Shown here: one piece after another, positions 1-15,700 of the stretch | How positions within the stretch are numbered: position 1 is the stretch's first letter | How the letters are laid out: every line of letters starts with the position of its first letter | Source: Malacoraja senta | Taxonomy: Eukaryota | Assembly (NCBI GenBank): GCA_038087875.1 | Contig: JAXLNO010000385.1 | Location: forward strand, 806,001 to 870,000 | Reading direction: 5' to 3' | DNA: 64,000 bases | Program-made: the position numbers and the translations under genes | The notes under the pieces: generated by a model | The model's input: the letters and a program-made list of their open reading frames with translations, nothing else | Database searches by the model: none | What the model was told of the DNA's origin: nothing

Positions 1-164
1 AATGAATTTGCCTTGATGCTCCGCCCTCAAGTCGTTCGAGTTCTGGATATTCATGATAGTTCGAGTTAGAGTTAGAGTTCAAGATATTCGTGATAGAGTT
101 AACTCGAACTCTATCTTGAACTCGAAATCTATCTCTAGCTAAAACTCGAATTCGAGTTCGAGTT

Positions 165-1433
165 CAATAGACAATAGACAATAGACAATAGACAATAGGT
201 GCAGGAGTAGGCTATTTGGCCCTTCGAGCCAGCACCGCCATTCAATGTGATCATGGCTGATTATCCCCAATCAGTACCCCGTCCCTGCCTTCTCCCAATA
301 TCCCCTGACTCCGCTATTTTTATGATCCCGATCTAGCTCTCTCTTGAAAGCATCCAGAGAACCTGCCTCCACCGCCCTCTGAGGCAGAGAATTCCACGAA
401 CTCACCACTATCTGTGAGAAAAAGCGTTTTTTCGTCTCCGTTCTAAATGGCTTACTCCTTATTATTAAACTGTGGTCCATGGTTCTGGACTCCCCCAACA
501 TCGGGAACATATTTCCTGCCTCTAGCGTGTCCCAGCCCTTAACAATCTTATATGTTTCAATGAGATATCCTCTCATCCTTCTAAACTCCAAAGTGTCCAA
601 GCCCAGCTGCTCCATCCTGGGAATTAACTAAGCTGCACTCCCTCAATAGCAAGAATGTACTTCCTCAAATTAGGGGACCAAAACGGCACACAATATTCCA
701 GGTGTGGTCTCACTAGGGCTCTGTAAAACTGCAGAAGGACCTCTTTGCTCCTATATTCGATTCCTCTTGTTATAAAGGCCAACATGCCATTCGCTTTCTT
801 CACTGCCTGCTGTATCTGCATTTTTACTTTCATAGACTGGTGTACAAGGACCCCCAGATCCCGTTGTACTTCCTCTTTTCCCAACTTGACGCTAGTTAGA
901 TAGAAATCTGCCTTCCTGTTTTTGCTACCAAAGTGGATAACCTCACATTTATCCGAATTGAACTTCATCTGCCATGCATCTGCCCACTCCCCAACCTGTC
1001 CAAATCACCCTGCATTCTCATAGCATCCTCCTCCCAGTTCACACTGCCACCCAGCTTTGTGTTATCTGCAAATTGTCTAATGTTACTTTGAATCCCTTCA
1101 TCCAAATCATTGATGTATATTATAAATAGCTGAGGTCGCAGCACCGAGCCTTTCGGTACCACACTAGTCACTGCCTGCCATTCTGAAAGGGACCCGTTAA
1201 TGCTTATTCTTTGTTTCCTGCCTGCCAACCACTTCTCTATCCATGTCAGCACTGTACCCCCAATACCATGTGCCCTAATTTTGCCCACTAATCTCCTATG
1301 TGGGTCCTTATCAAATGCTTTCTGAAAGTCCAGGTACACTACATCCACGGGCTCTCCCTTGTCCATTTTCCCAGTTACATCTTCAAAATATTCCAGTAGA
1401 TTAATCAAGCATGATTTCCCCTTCGTAAATCCA
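165..1433 (-). mobile_element. CR1-clade LINE (HER1-like), 5'-truncated, degenerate; copy 1 of a duplicated insertion
   Basis: ORF fragments 965-1606, 624-968 and 271-615 give CR1 RT/C-terminal motifs (GFTKGKSCLINL, VYLDFQKAFDK, FADNTKL, RPHLEYC, WNSLP); (CTATTGT)n tail at 165-200. Confidence 0.93.
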
Positions 1434-4220
1434 AGTTGGAGTTGGAGTTGGAGTTCGAGATAGATTTGAGGGTCGAGATAGAATTCGAGTTCGAGATAGT
1501 TCGAGTTAGAGTTCAAGTTCGAGCTCGAGTTCGAGTTAAATGAATGAATGAATGAATGAATGAATGAATGAATGAATACGTTTATTGGCCAAGTATTCAC
1601 ATACAAGGAATTTGCCTTGGTGCTCCGGCCGTAACTTGAACTCCAACTCGAGTTCGAGATAGATAGTTTTCGAGTTCGAGATGGCGTTCGTGATAGAGTT
1701 CGTGTTAGAGTTCGAGTTCAAGTTGGAGTTGGAGTTGGAGTTGGAGTTCGAGATCGAGTTCGAGTTCGAGTTTGGGAGAGAGTTCGAGATAGCGTTAGAG
1801 TTCGAATTCGAATTCGAGTTCGAGATCGTGTTCGAGATAGAGTTCAAGTTCTAGAGAGATTTCGAGATAGACTTCGAATTCGAGATAGAATTCGAGTTCG
1901 AGATAAAGTTTGTGATGGAGTTCGAGTTCGAGATAGTGTTCGGGTTCGCGTTCAAGTTCGAGCTCGAGTTAGAGTTGAATGAATGAATGAATGAATAAAT
2001 GAATGAATACGTTTACTGGCCAAGTATTCGCATACAAGGAATTTGCCCTGGTGCTCCGCCCGTAAGTCGAACTCCAACTCGAGTTCGAGGTAGAATATGA
2101 GGTCGAGTTCGCGTTCGAGTTCTAGATAGTTCGAGTTTGAGATAGTTCGAGTTCGAGTTCGTATTCCAGTTCGCGAAAGAGTTCGAGATAGATATAGTTC
2201 GTGATAAATTTCGAGATACAGTTCGAGTTCAAGTTCGATTTGGAGTTGGAGTTGGAGTTCGCGTTCGAGTTCGAGATAGAGTTCGAGTACGAGATACAAT
2301 TCGAGCTCGAGTTCGAGTACGAGTTCAAGATAGAGTTCGAGAGAGTTCGAGATAAATGAATGAATGAATGAATGCATACGTTTATTGGCCATGTATTCAC
2401 ATACAAAGAGTTTGTCTTGGTGCTCCGCCCGCAAGTCGATAGAGATAGTTCGAGTCGTGATAGAATTAGAGTTAAAGTTCGAGTTCATGTTCGAGTTGGA
2501 GTTGGTTCGAGTTCAAGATAGAGTTCGAGTTCAAGTTCAAATTCGTTTGAGTTCGAGTTCAAGTTCGAGATAGAGTTCGAGTTCGAGTTCGAGTTGAATG
2601 AATGAATGAATGGATGAATGAATGAATGAATACGTTTATTGGTCAAGTATTCACATACAAGGAATTTGCCTTGGTGCTCCGCCCGTAAGTCGAAATCCAA
2701 CTCGAGTTCGAGATCGAATTCGAGTTCGAGTTCCAGATAGATTTCGAGTTCGAGATAGATTTCGAGGTCGAGATAGAGTTCGAGTTTGTATTCGAGTTTT
2801 AGCTAGAGATAGAATTCGAGTTCAAGATGGAGTTCGTGTTCAAGATAGAGTTCCAGTTCGAGATAGAGTTCGAGTACGAGATACAATTCGAGCTCGAGTT
2901 CGAGTACGAGTTCAAGATAGAGTTCGAGAGAGTTCGAGATAAATGAATGAATGAATGAATGCATACGTTTATTGGCCATGTATTCACATACAAAGAGTTT
3001 GTCTTGGTGCTCCGCCCGCAAGTCGATAGAGATAGAGTTCGAGTCGTGATAGAATTAGAGTTAAAGTTCGAGTTCATGTTCGAGTTGAGTTGGTTCGAGA
3101 GATCGAGATAGAGTTCGAGTTCGAATTCGAGTTCGAGTTCGGGATAGAATTCGAGTTCGAGTTCGAGATAGAATTCGAGTTCGAGTTCGTTCGAGCTCGA
3201 GTTCGAGTTAAATGAAAGAAAGATTGTATACGTTTATTGACTAAGTATTCACCAAGTTTATTGGGCAACATTTATGCCTTGGTTCTCCGCCCGAAAGTCG
3301 AACCCGAACTCGAGTTCGCGATAGTTCGAGTTCGAGATAGGGTTCGAGATTGAGATCGAGATCGAGGTCGAGTTCGAGTTCGAGAGAGAGTTCGAGATAG
3401 ATTTCGAGATAAATTTCGAGTTCGAAATAGAGCTCGAGTTCGAGATTGAGTTCGACTTCGACATAGAGTTCGAGATCGAGATAGAGATCGAGATCGAGTT
3501 GGAGTTAGAGAGAGAGTTCCATATCGAGTTCGAGTTCAAGATAGAGCTCGAGTTCGAGTTCGAGTTCGCGTTCGAGATAGTTCGAGATAGAGTTCGAGAT
3601 AGTTCGAGTTCAAATTCGAGTTTTAGCTAGAAATAGAGTTCGTTCAAGATAGATTTCGAGTTCGAGTTCAAGATGAAGTTCGAGTTCTAGATCGAGATCG
3701 AGTTTGAGATCGCGTTCGAGATATTTCGAGATAGTTCGAGATAGAGTTCAAGTTCGAGAGAGAGATCGAGATATTTCGGGTTCGAGATAAGTGTTCGAGT
3801 ACGAGATAGTTCGAGTTCGAGATAGAGTACGAGTTCGAGTTCGAGATTTGGTTAGAGAGAGAGAGCGATAGAGTTTGAGAGTACGAGAGAGAGTTCGAGA
3901 TATATTTCGAGATAGATTTCGAGTTCGAGAGAGAGTTAGAGTTCGAGATAGAGTTCGAGTTCGAGATTGAGTTCGAGTTCGAGCGAGAAAGAGTTCGAAC
4001 TAGAGATAGAGTTCGAGTTCAAGATAGATTTCGAGTTCAAGTTCGAATTCGAGTTCGATATAGAGTTCGAGTTCGAGAGAGATTTCGAGATAGTTCGAGT
4101 TCGAGTTCGAGATAAGAGTTCGAGTTCGAGATAGACTACGAGTTCGAGTTCGAGTTTTAGTTAGAGAGAGAGTTCGAGATATAGTTCGAGGTCGAATTCG
4201 AGTTAGAGTTCGAGATAGAA
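1434..4220 (-). repeat. GAACTC-hexamer satellite with conserved LINE-tail cassettes and (ATTC)n, reverse orientation
   Basis: (GAGTTC)n/(GAGATA) runs with reverse-complement cassettes near 1581, 2012, 2381, 2636, 2968 and 3233; another at 1-33. Confidence 0.95.
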
Positions 4221-4420
4221 NNNNNNNNNNNNNNNNNNNNNNNNNNNNNNNNNNNNNNNNNNNNNNNNNNNNNNNNNNNNNNNNNNNNNNNNNNNNNNNN
4301 NNNNNNNNNNNNNNNNNNNNNNNNNNNNNNNNNNNNNNNNNNNNNNNNNNNNNNNNNNNNNNNNNNNNNNNNNNNNNNNNNNNNNNNNNNNNNNNNNNNN
4401 NNNNNNNNNNNNNNNNNNNN
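4221..4420. other. Assembly gap (200 N)
   Basis: Run of exactly 200 N, typical of a fixed-size scaffolding gap. Confidence 0.99.
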
Positions 4421-6339
4421 GTCTGACACAGAACAACGATTCGCCCAAATCGAAGAATAGCTGTTTGAGCATTTTCAATAAACCTATTCATAACCCTCCA
4501 GCGCGCCCACAACGGATGTTACTACAACTTCAAAAATATGACATCGTCCTGACCTACAAACGTGGAATGGATATGTACCTGGCGGACACTCTTTCACATG
4601 CATCTCGGACGACCTGCGAGGATCTGCCCTCGCAGGATGATGACTTTATCGTGATGACTGTATCGTTCATCCCTTCATCTTGGATGGAGGACCTGGTTGC
4701 ACAGACGTGGCGCCAACAACAAGACCCTACGGTCGCTAACTTCTGTCATTAAGCACGGCTGGCCAGATGATACCGAGACGTGGCGCCGACAGACAAGACC
4801 CTACGGTCGCTAACTTCTGTCATTATGCACGGCTGGCCAGATGATACCCAGACGTGGCGCCGACAGACAAGAAACCGAAGCAAAGAAGTCGAAGCCAAAG
4901 AACCGAATGGAAACGAGGCCCGAAACGCCAATAAACCGAAAGAGTCCGAAGACAAAACGCCTACTAAGCGAAAGGACGGGGCGCCTAAGTGCAAACGAAC
5001 CAAAAGGGCGGGACGCCTAAAAGCCAAAGAACCGAAAAGCTGCGACGCCGAAAAGCAAGCTTACCGAATGACAGTTCTGTCAAAACGCCACCTACCCGAA
5101 AGGCGGCGCCGCCACTAAGCCTAAGGACCGACTGCCGCTCAACAGAAAAGTCCAATAACGGACATGACTTTGCCGGGGGCGGGACTTGTCAGCGATTTCT
5201 CCAGACCCCCGCGTCCATCACATCACTGTGAAGGCATGAACATTGTCCCAAACCTCCGCTCCACCCGACCCGCAGCCCACGGAGGGTGGCCGTGGGAGAG
5301 TGGCGGCTGTTCCGAGGAATGCACACATTCGGCCGCTTTCAACTTGGTGCTTGGGTTCAGATTGCCCAGTCACCTATGGCTTGTGTGGCAAAATGAACCC
5401 CACGCTCCCGTCTCCCCCTTCTCTCTCCCCTCTTCCCTCTTTCTCTTCTCTCTCTCTCCCTTCTCTTTCTCCCTTCTCTCTCCTCCTCTCTCTCCCCTCT
5501 TCTCGCTCCTCCTCCACGCTGCCAGTAGCGGAGCAAACATTAGCCCCACGTGTGTTTCCGCCAAAGGAGGTTCAATCCAGGTTGCAACAAAAGCGTGACG
5601 TTCAAAGGATATGGTTCGACAAGACGAGTAAGCCAATACCACCATTGACCAAAGGACAGGTGGTTCTCTTACAGACTGACAAAGGCCATGAGCGTATTGG
5701 GGTGGTGTCCGGTCCCGCTTCGGAGCCACGCTGGTACATTGCGCCACCTACCGACGCAACATCTTCTGCCTGTGAACGAGTCATTCACTCCTCCTTATTA
5801 TCCGGATCGTACAAGTTCATATTAATCAGCATCTAGTGACCCCCGAATGCTCCTGCTAGCAAAACAATCCATGCCTGCGACAGTTCCTCTGTCTGTTCCA
5901 TCTTCCCGTGCGCCACATTCTCCTGCTTCGACTCCAGGGACGTTGGTCCACTCCCCCACGGCGGTGACATCTCCTGCTCTTTCCCCAGAGAAAAAGAATG
6001 GATACATCACGACCGGCCTGCAAACATGACCGCGACGTGTACGATAGAGGCCGTGATGTATCCGGACTATGTTTCACTTTCCACCAGTCTATCATCGGTT
6101 GTGATATTTGCTTTGCTTAGTTATGGACATACATCGTTATTGATTCTTTAAGAGGGCGGTGTAGATTCGTGCCTCATGCTATGTCTTGCATTTGTAGTTA
6201 CGCCCACTAGCGTGTTAGAGTCGCGGTCTGCTGCATTCCGTTAGTCTTAAATTAAACTCCTAAGTGCTTGTAACCAATAAACTCTATTTAACCTGACATG
6301 GTGTAAGGCCATTGTTATTATAAGGACTACAAATCAACA
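4421..6339 (+). mobile_element. Gypsy LTR retrotransposon 3' part (RNase H end, integrase core replaced, 3' LTR), copy A
   Basis: IFNKPIHNPPARPQRMLLQLQKYDIVLTYKRGMDMYLADTLS RNase H end; post-integrase STLPVAEQTLAPRV...PRWYI; polypurine tract AAGAGGGCGG at 6150-6159; LTR TG...CA at 6160-6339. Confidence 0.88.
6160..6339 (+). repeat. 3' LTR (180 bp) of Gypsy copy A
   Basis: Starts TGTAGAT right after the PPT, contains AATAAA, ends CAACA; its end resembles the 5' LTR remnant at 29775-29816, which ends ATCTACA. Confidence 0.8.
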
Positions 6340-6348
6340 ATCTCGAAC

Positions 6349-6352
<4 letters not shown>

Positions 6353-6408
<56 letters not shown>

Positions 6409-6418
6409 TCTCTCTCTC

Positions 6419-6504
<86 letters not shown>
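6353..6504. repeat. (CT)n microsatellite, left flank of RTE-X-like LINE
   Basis: Direct reading. Confidence 0.98.
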
Positions 6505-9770
<3,266 letters not shown>

Positions 9771-10321
9771 TCGTATTCATTGAACTGGAACTCAAACTCT
9801 ATCGCGATCTCTATCTCGAACTCGAACTCTATCTCGAACTCGAACTCGAACTCGAATTAGAAATCGAACTCGAACTTGAACTCGTACTCTGTCTCGAAAT
9901 TGCGGGCGGAGCACCATGGCATATTCCTTGTATGTGAATACTTGACCAATAAACGTATTCATTCATTTATTCATTCAATCAACTCGAACTCGAACTCGAA
10001 TTCGATCTGGAACTCGATCTCGAACTTTATATCGAACTCTCCGTCGAACACCATCTCGACGAACTCTATTTCGAACTCGAGTTGGAGTTCGATTTGCTGG
10101 CGGAGCACCAAGGCAAATTCCTTGTATGAGAATACTTGGCCCATAAATTTATTCATTCATTCATTCATTCATGACTCGAACTCGAGCTCGAACTCGAACT
10201 CGAACTCGAACTTGAACTCGAACTCGAATGCGAATTTCAACTCTAACTGTATCTCGACATCTCTCTCCAACTCGAACTCTATCTCGAATTCGAACTGACT
10301 CGAACTCCAACTCCAATTCGA

Positions 10322-11819
10322 ACTGGTCGTGTTCGAAAAAACCTGTGCGGACCAACTGGCTGGACTTTTAACGGATATTTTCAACCTCTCACTTCTGAGG
10401 TTCGAGGTTCCCACCTGCTTCAAAAGGGCATCAAATTATACCGGTGCCCACGATGAGTAAGTGACGTGCCTCAATGACTATCGACCAGTGGCACTAACGC
10501 ATGTGGTGATGAAGTGCTTTGAGAGGTTGATCTTGGCGGAAATCAACTCCTACCTCGACAAAAACCTGGACCCACTGCAGTTCGATTACCGCCACAACAG
10601 ATCCATGGTGGATGCGATCTTGCTGGCCCTCCACTCCGCTCTGGACCACTTGGACAACAAAAACTCATATGTCAGGCTGTTATTCATTGATTACAGCTCG
10701 GCATTTAATACAATCATCCCCTCCAAGCTGGTTACCAAACTCGCAGAACTGGGTCTCTGTGCATCCCTCTGCAATTGGATCCTCGACTTCCTCATTCACA
10801 GACCGCAGTGTGTTCGTATTGGTGGAAATGTGTCAGACTGGATAAAAATCAGCACGGGAGCACCTCAAGGCTGCGTGCTCTGCCCCCTGCTGTACTCACT
10901 CTATAATCATGACTGCGTAGCCAGTCATAGTGCGAACTCCATCATCAAATTCGCTGACGACACCACTGTTGTGGGACGTATCACTGATGGGGATGAGTCA
11001 GAGTATAGAAGAAAGATCGAGCAACTGTCCATATGGTGCCAGCACAATAACCTGGCCCTCAACACCAGCAAAACCAAGGATCTGATTATGGACTTTGGAA
11101 GGAGTAGGATGGGGACCCACAGGCCCGTTTATATCAACTGGTCGTTGGATGAAAGGGTCAAGAGCTTCAAATTCCTGGGCGTGCACATCTCTGAAGATCT
11201 TTCCTGGTCTGAGAACACTGATGCAATTATTAAGAAAGCACATCAGCGCCTCTACTTCCTGAGAAGATTACGGAGGGTCAGTTTGTCAAGGAGGACGCTC
11301 TCGAACTTCTACAGGTGCACAGTAGAGAGCATGCTGACCGGTTGCATCGTGGCTTAGTTCGGCAACTTGAACGCCCTGGAGAGGAAAATACTACAAAAAG
11401 TAGTAAACACTGCCCAGTCCATCATCGGCTCTGACCTCCCTTCCATCGAGGGGATCTATCGCAGTCGTTGCCTCAAAAAGGCTGGCAATATCATCAATGA
11501 ACCACACCATCCTGGCCACACACTCATCTCCCTGCTACCTTCATGTAGAAGGTACAGGAGCCTGAAGACTGCAATGACCAGGTTCAGGAATAGCTACTTC
11601 CCCACAGCCATCAGGCTTTTAAACTTGGCTCGGACAAAACTCTGAACATTAATAATCCATTATCTGTTATTTGTACTTTTTACGTAGATAATGGTATATG
11701 GACACACTGGTCTGTTTTGTAGTCAATGCCTACTATATTCTGTTGTGCTGAAGCAAAGCAAGAATTTCATTGTCCTATCAGGGACACATGACAATAAACT
11801 CTCTTGATTCTTGATTCTT
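10322..11819 (+). mobile_element. Rex1/Babar-clade LINE, 5'-truncated
   Basis: ORF 10461-11357 ([64 protein letters not shown]); 3' end AATTTCATTGTCC...GGACACATGACAATAAAC plus (CTTGATT)n tail. Confidence 0.92.
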
Positions 11820-12039
11820 CGAACTCGAACACGAACTCGAACGCGAATTCGTTCTCTATCTCGAACTTGAACTCTATCTCGAACTCGAGTTTGAGTTCGA
11901 CTTGCGGGCGGAGCACCAAGGCAACTTCCCTGTATGTGAGTACTAGGCCAAGAAACGTGTTCATTCATTCATTCATTCATTCATTCATTCATTCATTCAT
12001 TCAATTCGAACTCGAGCTCGAACTTGATCTTGAACTCGA

Positions 12040-12760
12040 GAAAAACTGTTTATGGAAAGACAGGGTGGGTATAATTTGTGAGGGGAAAAACATTTAAAAA
12101 AAAACTCAATGTCAGAAAAACTCTTTAAATTATGTGCATAGCAATCTGTGGGGTGAATTTGTGGATTGGTCTGCAACAGGAGATAAAGCTTAGCACAAAC
12201 ATAATTCAGTTTAAAAAGATGTACAAAAACACTTTTTTTAAAGGATATTGGGATGAGGATCGGTGATTGTGAGTGAAATATTTGTTATACTGATTGTATC
12301 GGGAAGGGTGATTATAGGGTGATGGGTTGTATATATGACTGTATAGTATATGAGGGTTACGGGTTGTAAATATGACTGAGGGATACTGTGTAGTATATGA
12401 GGGTTTTTTCTTTTATTTTTTATTTTTTCTCTCTTATTTTGTATGGCTTTGTAAATATTTGATTAGTGTATAAATGTAAATAATTTGGTGTACATATAGC
12501 TGCTGGTGTACATATGGTGCACATATAGCTGCTAAATGTGTATAAGATAATTATAAGCAGTTGAATAAGGGGGTGGGAATTAATAAGCTTTGGCTTCTTC
12601 CTGCTACTTTTCGGACACATACGATTTCATTTATTTATAGATATTGTTTATGACACTATAAATATTCTTGTTTTGTTTTTTTTGTATGCTGTTTCACACT
12701 TTTTTAAAATTCTTTTATTCTGTTCGAAATAAACAATAAAATAATATAAAAATAAAATAA
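12040..12760 (+). mobile_element. L2-group (Crack/Daphne-like) LINE 3' fragment, copy A
   Basis: Degenerate C-terminal coding MCIAICGVNLW..LEQEIKLSTNIIQFKK, 3' UTR ending TTCGAAATAAA plus (AATAA)n; same 5' junction as 34550. Confidence 0.7.
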
Positions 12761-15700
12761 ACTCTCTCGACTCGAACTCGAACTCTATCTCGATCTCGAA
12801 CTCTCTCTCGAACTTTCTCTCGAACTCGAACTCGATCTCGAACTCGATCTCGAACTCGAACTCGCACTATCTCGAACTCTCTCTCGAACTTTCTCTCGAA
12901 CTCGAACTCGATCTCGAACTCGATCTCGAACTCGAACTCGCACTCTATCTCGAACTCTCTCTCGAACTTTCTCTCGAACTCGCACTCTATCTCGAACTCG
13001 CATTCGAACTCGAACTCGAACTCGAATACGAGCTCGAACTCTATCTCGAACTCGAGTTGGAGTTCGACTTGCTGGCGGACCAGCAAAGCAAATTCCTTGT
13101 TTGTGAATACTTGGCCAATAAATGTATTCATTCATTCATTCATTCATTCATTTATTCATTCATTCATTCATTCATTCATTCATTCATTCATTCATTCAAC
13201 TCGAACTCTATCTCGAACTCGAACTCGATCTCGAACTCGAACTCGAATTAGAACTCGAACTGTATCGTGAACTCCAACTATCGCGACATCAAAATCTATC
13301 TCGAACTCGAACTCTATCGCGAACTCGATCTCGAACTTGAACTGTTTCTTGAACTCGAACTCCACCTCGAACTCGAACTATCTCGAACTCCAACTCCAAC
13401 ATCGAACTTGAACTCGAACTCTATCTCCAACTCGAACTCGAACTCTATCACAAACTCTATCTCTAACGAACTCGAACTCCAAATCTATCTCGAACCTAAT
13501 CTCGAACTCGAGTTGGAGTTCTTGCTAGCGGAGCACCAAGGCAAATTCATTGTATGTGAATACTTGGCCAATAAATGTATTTATTCATTCAATCATTCAT
13601 TCATTCATTCATTCATTCATTCATTCTTTCATTCATTCATTCATTCATTCATTCATTCATTCTTTTATTCATTCATTCATTCATTCATTCATTCATTCAT
13701 TCATTCAACTCGAACTCGAACTCGAACTATCTCGAACTCGAATTCGAACTGTATATATCTCGACCTCGAAATCTATCTCGAACTCGAAATCTATCTCGAA
13801 CTGGAATTCGAACTGGAACTCGAAATCTATCTCGAACTCGAACTCGAATTCGATCTAGAATTCGAGTTGGAGTTCGAGTTACGGGCGGAGCACCAAGGCA
13901 AATTCCTTGTATGTGAATATTGGCCAATAAACTTATTCATTTATTCATTCATTTAACTCGAGCTCGAGCTCGAACTTGAACTCGAACCCGAACTCTATCT
14001 CGAACTCGAACTATCTCGAACTCGAACTCTATCTCGAACTCGAACTCCAGCTCCAACTCCAACTTCAACTAGAACTCGAACTCGATCACGAACTCTATCT
14101 CGAACTCGAACTCGCTCTCGAACTCGCACTCGAACTCGTACTCTCTCGGATCGCAAAATCGAGTTGGAGTTCGACTTGCGGGCAGAGCACCAAGGCAAAT
14201 TCCGTGTATGTGAATACATGGCCAGTGAACGTATTCATTCATTCATTCATTCATTCAGTCAACTCGAATTCGAACTCGCTCTCGAACTCAAACGCGAAAT
14301 CTATCTAGAACTCGATCTCGATCTCGAACTCGAACTCGAATTCGATCTCGAACTCGTTGGATTTCGACTTACGGGCGGAGCACCGAGGCAAACACCTAGT
14401 ATGTGAATACTTGGCCAATAAACTTATTCATTCATTCATTCATTCATTCATTCATTTAACTCGAACTCGAGTTCGAACTTGAACTTGAACTCGAACTCGT
14501 ACTCCATCTCGAACTCTATCTCGAACTCGGGTTGGAGTTCGACTTGCTGGCGTACCTCCAAGGCAAATTCCGTGTATGTGAATACTTGGCCAATAAATTA
14601 ATTAATTCATACATTCATTCATTCATTCATTCAACCATTTATTCATTCATTCAACTCGAACTGGAGCTGGAACTCGTACTCTAGCTCGAACTCAATCCCG
14701 AACTCTATCTCGAACTCTATCTCGAAATATCTCGAACGCGAACTCGATCTCAAACTATCTCGAACGCGAACTCGATCTCAAACTCGATCTCGAACTCGAA
14801 CTTTATCTTGAACTCGAACTCTATCTTGAACGAACTATCTCCAGCTAAAACTCGAATCCGAACTCGAACTATCTCGACCTCGAACTTTATCTCGAACTCG
14901 AAATCTCTCTCGAACTCGAACTCGAATTCGATCTCGAACCCGAGTTGGATTTCGACTTACGGGCGGAGCACCAAGGCAAACACCTAGTATGTGAATACTT
15001 TGCCAATAAACGTATTCATTCATTCGTTCATTTAACTCGAACTCGAGCTCAAACTTGAACTCCAACTCCAACTCTATCACGAACTCTATCTCGAACTCGA
15101 ACTCAATCTCCATCTCCATCTCGAACTCGATGTCAAACTCGAGCTCGAGTTCCACTTGCGGGCGGAGCTCCAAGGCAAATTCCTTGTATGTGAATACATG
15201 TCCGATAAACATTCATTCATTCCTTCATCATTCATTCATTCATTCATTCAGTCAACTCGAACTCGAACTCGAACTCGAACTCGAACTCGAACTCGAACTC
15301 TTATCTCGAACTATATCTCGAACTGTCTCTCGAACTCGAACTCCAACTCGAACTATCCCGAACTATCTCGAGCGCGAACTCGATCTCGAACTCGAACTCG
15401 AACTCTATCTTGAACTCGAACTCTATCTCCAGCTAAAACTCGAATTCGAACTAAATATCTCGGCCTCGAACTCTATCTGGAACTCGAAGTCTATCTCGAA
15501 CCCGAACTAGAAATCGATCTCGAACTCGCGTTGGAGTTCGAGCTCCCGGCGGAGCACCAAGGCAAATACCTTGTATGTGAATACTTGGCCAATAAACGTA
15601 TTCATTCATTCGTACATTCATTTAACTCGAACTCGAGCTCGAACTTTAACTCGAACTCGAACTCTATCTCGAACTCTATCTCGAACTCGAACTCCAACTC

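Noticed and set aside
1434..4220. Telomeric or heat-shock-element array interpretation of (TTCGAG)n
   Set aside because: It is not TTAGGG, and the GAA units are direct 6-bp repeats rather than alternating inverted nGAAn pentamers.
4849..5553. Possible TIRs CAGACGTGGCGC / GCCCCACGTGTG around the Gypsy insert
   Set aside because: The right-hand motif lies within resumed Gypsy coding (TLAPRV), is weaker in copy B, and no TSD is seen.
10317..11825. TTCGAACT as a TSD of the Rex1 copy
   Set aside because: It is indistinguishable from the surrounding satellite hexamers, so it cannot be supported.
13878..13935. Self-cleaving ribozyme (hammerhead or HDV-like) in the satellite cassette
   Set aside because: No CUGANGA/GAAA core on either strand and no convincing nested double pseudoknot by eye; a LINE-tail hairpin explains it. 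An Infernal scan would be definitive.
14949..14965. CENP-B-box-like TTCGACTTACGGG in the cassette
   Set aside because: The spacing is 2 nt short of TTCG-N4-A-N2-CGGG, the A is often G, and TTCG is ubiquitous here.
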